Below the pieces are notes generated by a model. The model made no database searches and was not told where the DNA came from. It saw only the letters and a list, made by a program, of their open reading frames with translations. Below are positions 62,169 to 64,000 of a DNA stretch of 64,000 nucleotides, piece after piece (position 1 is the stretch's first letter; every line of letters starts with the position of its first letter). The DNA is from Proteromonas lacertae (taxonomy: Eukaryota): contig NGBS01000018.1 of assembly GCA_002245135.1 (NCBI GenBank), positions 62,001 through 126,000 on the forward strand, in the 5' to 3' direction. Made by a program: the position numbers and the translations under genes.

Positions 62169-63031
62169 ATGGCAGACAGATCAAAAATATTGGTTTTATT
62201 TGATGTAGATGGTACTTTAACTGCAGCTAGGCAGGTATGATTCCTTATAGATTAATGTTATAGACCATTACTCCTGAAATGAAAGATTTCATTCAAGAAC
62301 TTAAAAAATATGTAACGATTGGAGCAGTTGGTGGATCTGATCTTAAGAAACAGAAAGAACAGTTGGGTGATGATGGTATATTCACTAAATTACTGTATTA
62401 GTAACAACAAATTTCGATTATTCATTCTCAGAAAATGGATTAGTTGCATATCACAATGGTGAATTAATCCATAAATATGTACTTTTCATACATTTTAGTA
62501 AATAGTCTTTAAAAAACAAGTATAACGAAGAACAACTTCAAGAACTAATCAATTTCAGTTTAAGATATGTAGCAGACTTAAAAATACCAGTAAAGACAGG
62601 AACATTTATAGAATTTAGAACTGGTTTAATTAATGTATCACCAATTGGAAGGAATTGTACACAAGAAGAAAGAGATGAATTTGTCAAATTTGACAAAGAA
62701 CATCATGTATTAGTCAATCTAAGAAAAGCATTATTAGACAATTTTGGTGAAAAAATGAATTTAACTATCTCAATTGGTGGACAAATATCTGTTGACTGTT
62801 TTCCAAATGGATGGAACAAGACATATGCTTTAAGACATGTTGAAAAAGCTGGTTATGAAGAGATTCATTTCTTTGGTGATAAAACCATGGAAGTATATAT
62901 ATATTTAATATCAATTATCTATATAGGGTGGTAATGATTATGAGATTTATAATGATAAGAGAGTGAAAGGACACTCAACAAAAGGATGGGAAGATACAAT
63001 GAGACAATGTAAAGAACTATTCATTCATTAA
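62169..63031 (+). CDS. PMM: Phosphomannomutase (HAD family, Sec53/PMM2 type), missed by ORF track
   Basis: [63 protein letters not shown]. Four short introns. Confidence 0.95.
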
Positions 63032-63182
63032 GTTACTTATATGTACAGAATTTTTAAATTGTGTGTGTTTGGTGTTGTTCAATGTATTAGTTGAAGAGAA
63101 AAAGAAAGTAATGCAAAATAAAATATCAAATCATAGTTTGAGATTTCTTAACTGAAAAAATTAAATCAAATCCAATTTCTCA

Positions 63183-64000
63183 ATGTCTTCCCCATATAAT
63201 CCCATAAATCGTATAATGATATTATTAATTTTTATTTATCTGGCTAGATCGAGTTTATGAATCTCTTGCTGCTGTAGATAGAGATGAGGAAGAAGACTTA
63301 TATGCTGATCCATACTTAAATACAACTCATACACAAGATATTCCCGCTACACCCGAACTTAATACTTCAACTCACTCAATACCACCTCAATATGCTACTT
63401 TTTCTGGTGGACCATATGTAGATGATGAATACAGCAGCCCATACCGTCGTAATTTATTTCCTACAAGAACATCACCTCCTAGAACATTTTCACCAAATTC
63501 TAACCATAATTCACCATTAGCTGCAGATCACTCCCAATCAATGGGATTACCTCAAAACTTTTCACCATCTCAAAGCAGATCTGCAATATTTAGAGCATTA
63601 GCTGAATGTAAATCAAAAATTAGTCAATTATCTCAGAAAGTCAGTGAACTGGATGATATGCTAACAGCTGTATCATCAACACATAGTTCTCCTAACCAAA
63701 GATCCATAAAATATGGTCAAAGACCTTTCATAAGTCAACAATATCGTAGTGCATCAGCATCAACAAGAAGATCTAGAACATTCGTTGGAAGTAATAATAA
63801 TAATCCAGATGATTCTTTATATCAAACCCCTTCGAACTATAAGAATAAAAGAAATGCATATACTGATTCATTATTAAATCGTGCAAATACAAAGTATCAA
63901 CAATTACAACAACAGAAATATAAATATGCAAATGATGATGATGAAGAAGAGAGTAATAGTGAAAGTAATGAAGAAGAAGAAGAAGAAGAAGATGATATAA
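63183..64000 (+). CDS. Hypothetical low-complexity protein with short coiled coil (runs off window end)
   Basis: MSSPYNPIN|HRVYESL... after one consensus intron; frame stays open to 64000. Confidence 0.6.

Noticed and set aside
63111..63155. Upstream ATG suggesting another frameshift in the last gene
   Set aside because: ATG 63183 plus one consensus intron gives a clean open frame.
1..64000. Stop-codon reassignment (ciliate-like code)
   Set aside because: TAA, TAG and TGA all terminate well-conserved genes. In-frame stops occur only in the relic genes inside the H2B-bounded interval.
1..64000. Blastocystis-type stop codons created by polyadenylation (TGTTTGTT signal)
   Set aside because: Every complete gene modelled has a genomic stop. 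The TGTTTGTT matches I noticed (~26473, ~61016) are antisense within a CDS or inside an intron.

Overview
This is very AT-rich, gene-dense eukaryotic nuclear DNA using the standard genetic code. It has many tiny GT-AG introns (mostly 24-40 nt, consensus GTAT...TAG) and 50-110 bp divergent intergenic spacers. The style suggests a Blastocystis/Proteromonas-like gut protist, but that is inference only. Manual splicing gives about 25 genes or gene relics: a TPR protein, SGT, NHP2, a Venus-flytrap/7TM/RGS fusion receptor, a divergent Rab-like GTPase, two lid-less intronless Hsp70s, TRRAP/Tra1, eIF3b, a ZSWIM2-like E3, two histone H2B genes, SPRTN, an ARM-repeat CaaX protein, KCR/HSD17B12, serine acetyltransferase, tRNA-Lys(TTT), a membrane metzincin, a pseudokinase, two coiled-coil proteins and PMM. 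Five things stand out. (1) A ~700-bp inverted repeat, each arm a full H2B unit with a 3' stem-loop, brackets ~7.4 kb of gene fragments plus a disrupted Crinkler/RHS-type tandem NTPase. (2) About 14 frame breaks not explained by consensus introns are +1, against one -1; homopolymer consensus error is the most parsimonious cause, but recoding is not excluded. (3) A class-C-like GPCR is fused to an RGS domain. (4) A TPR gene has one repeat per phase-0 exon of exactly 111 or 117 nt. (5) A paired CAAGC motif recurs in promoters. All family calls come from motif recognition by eye; no database search was run.
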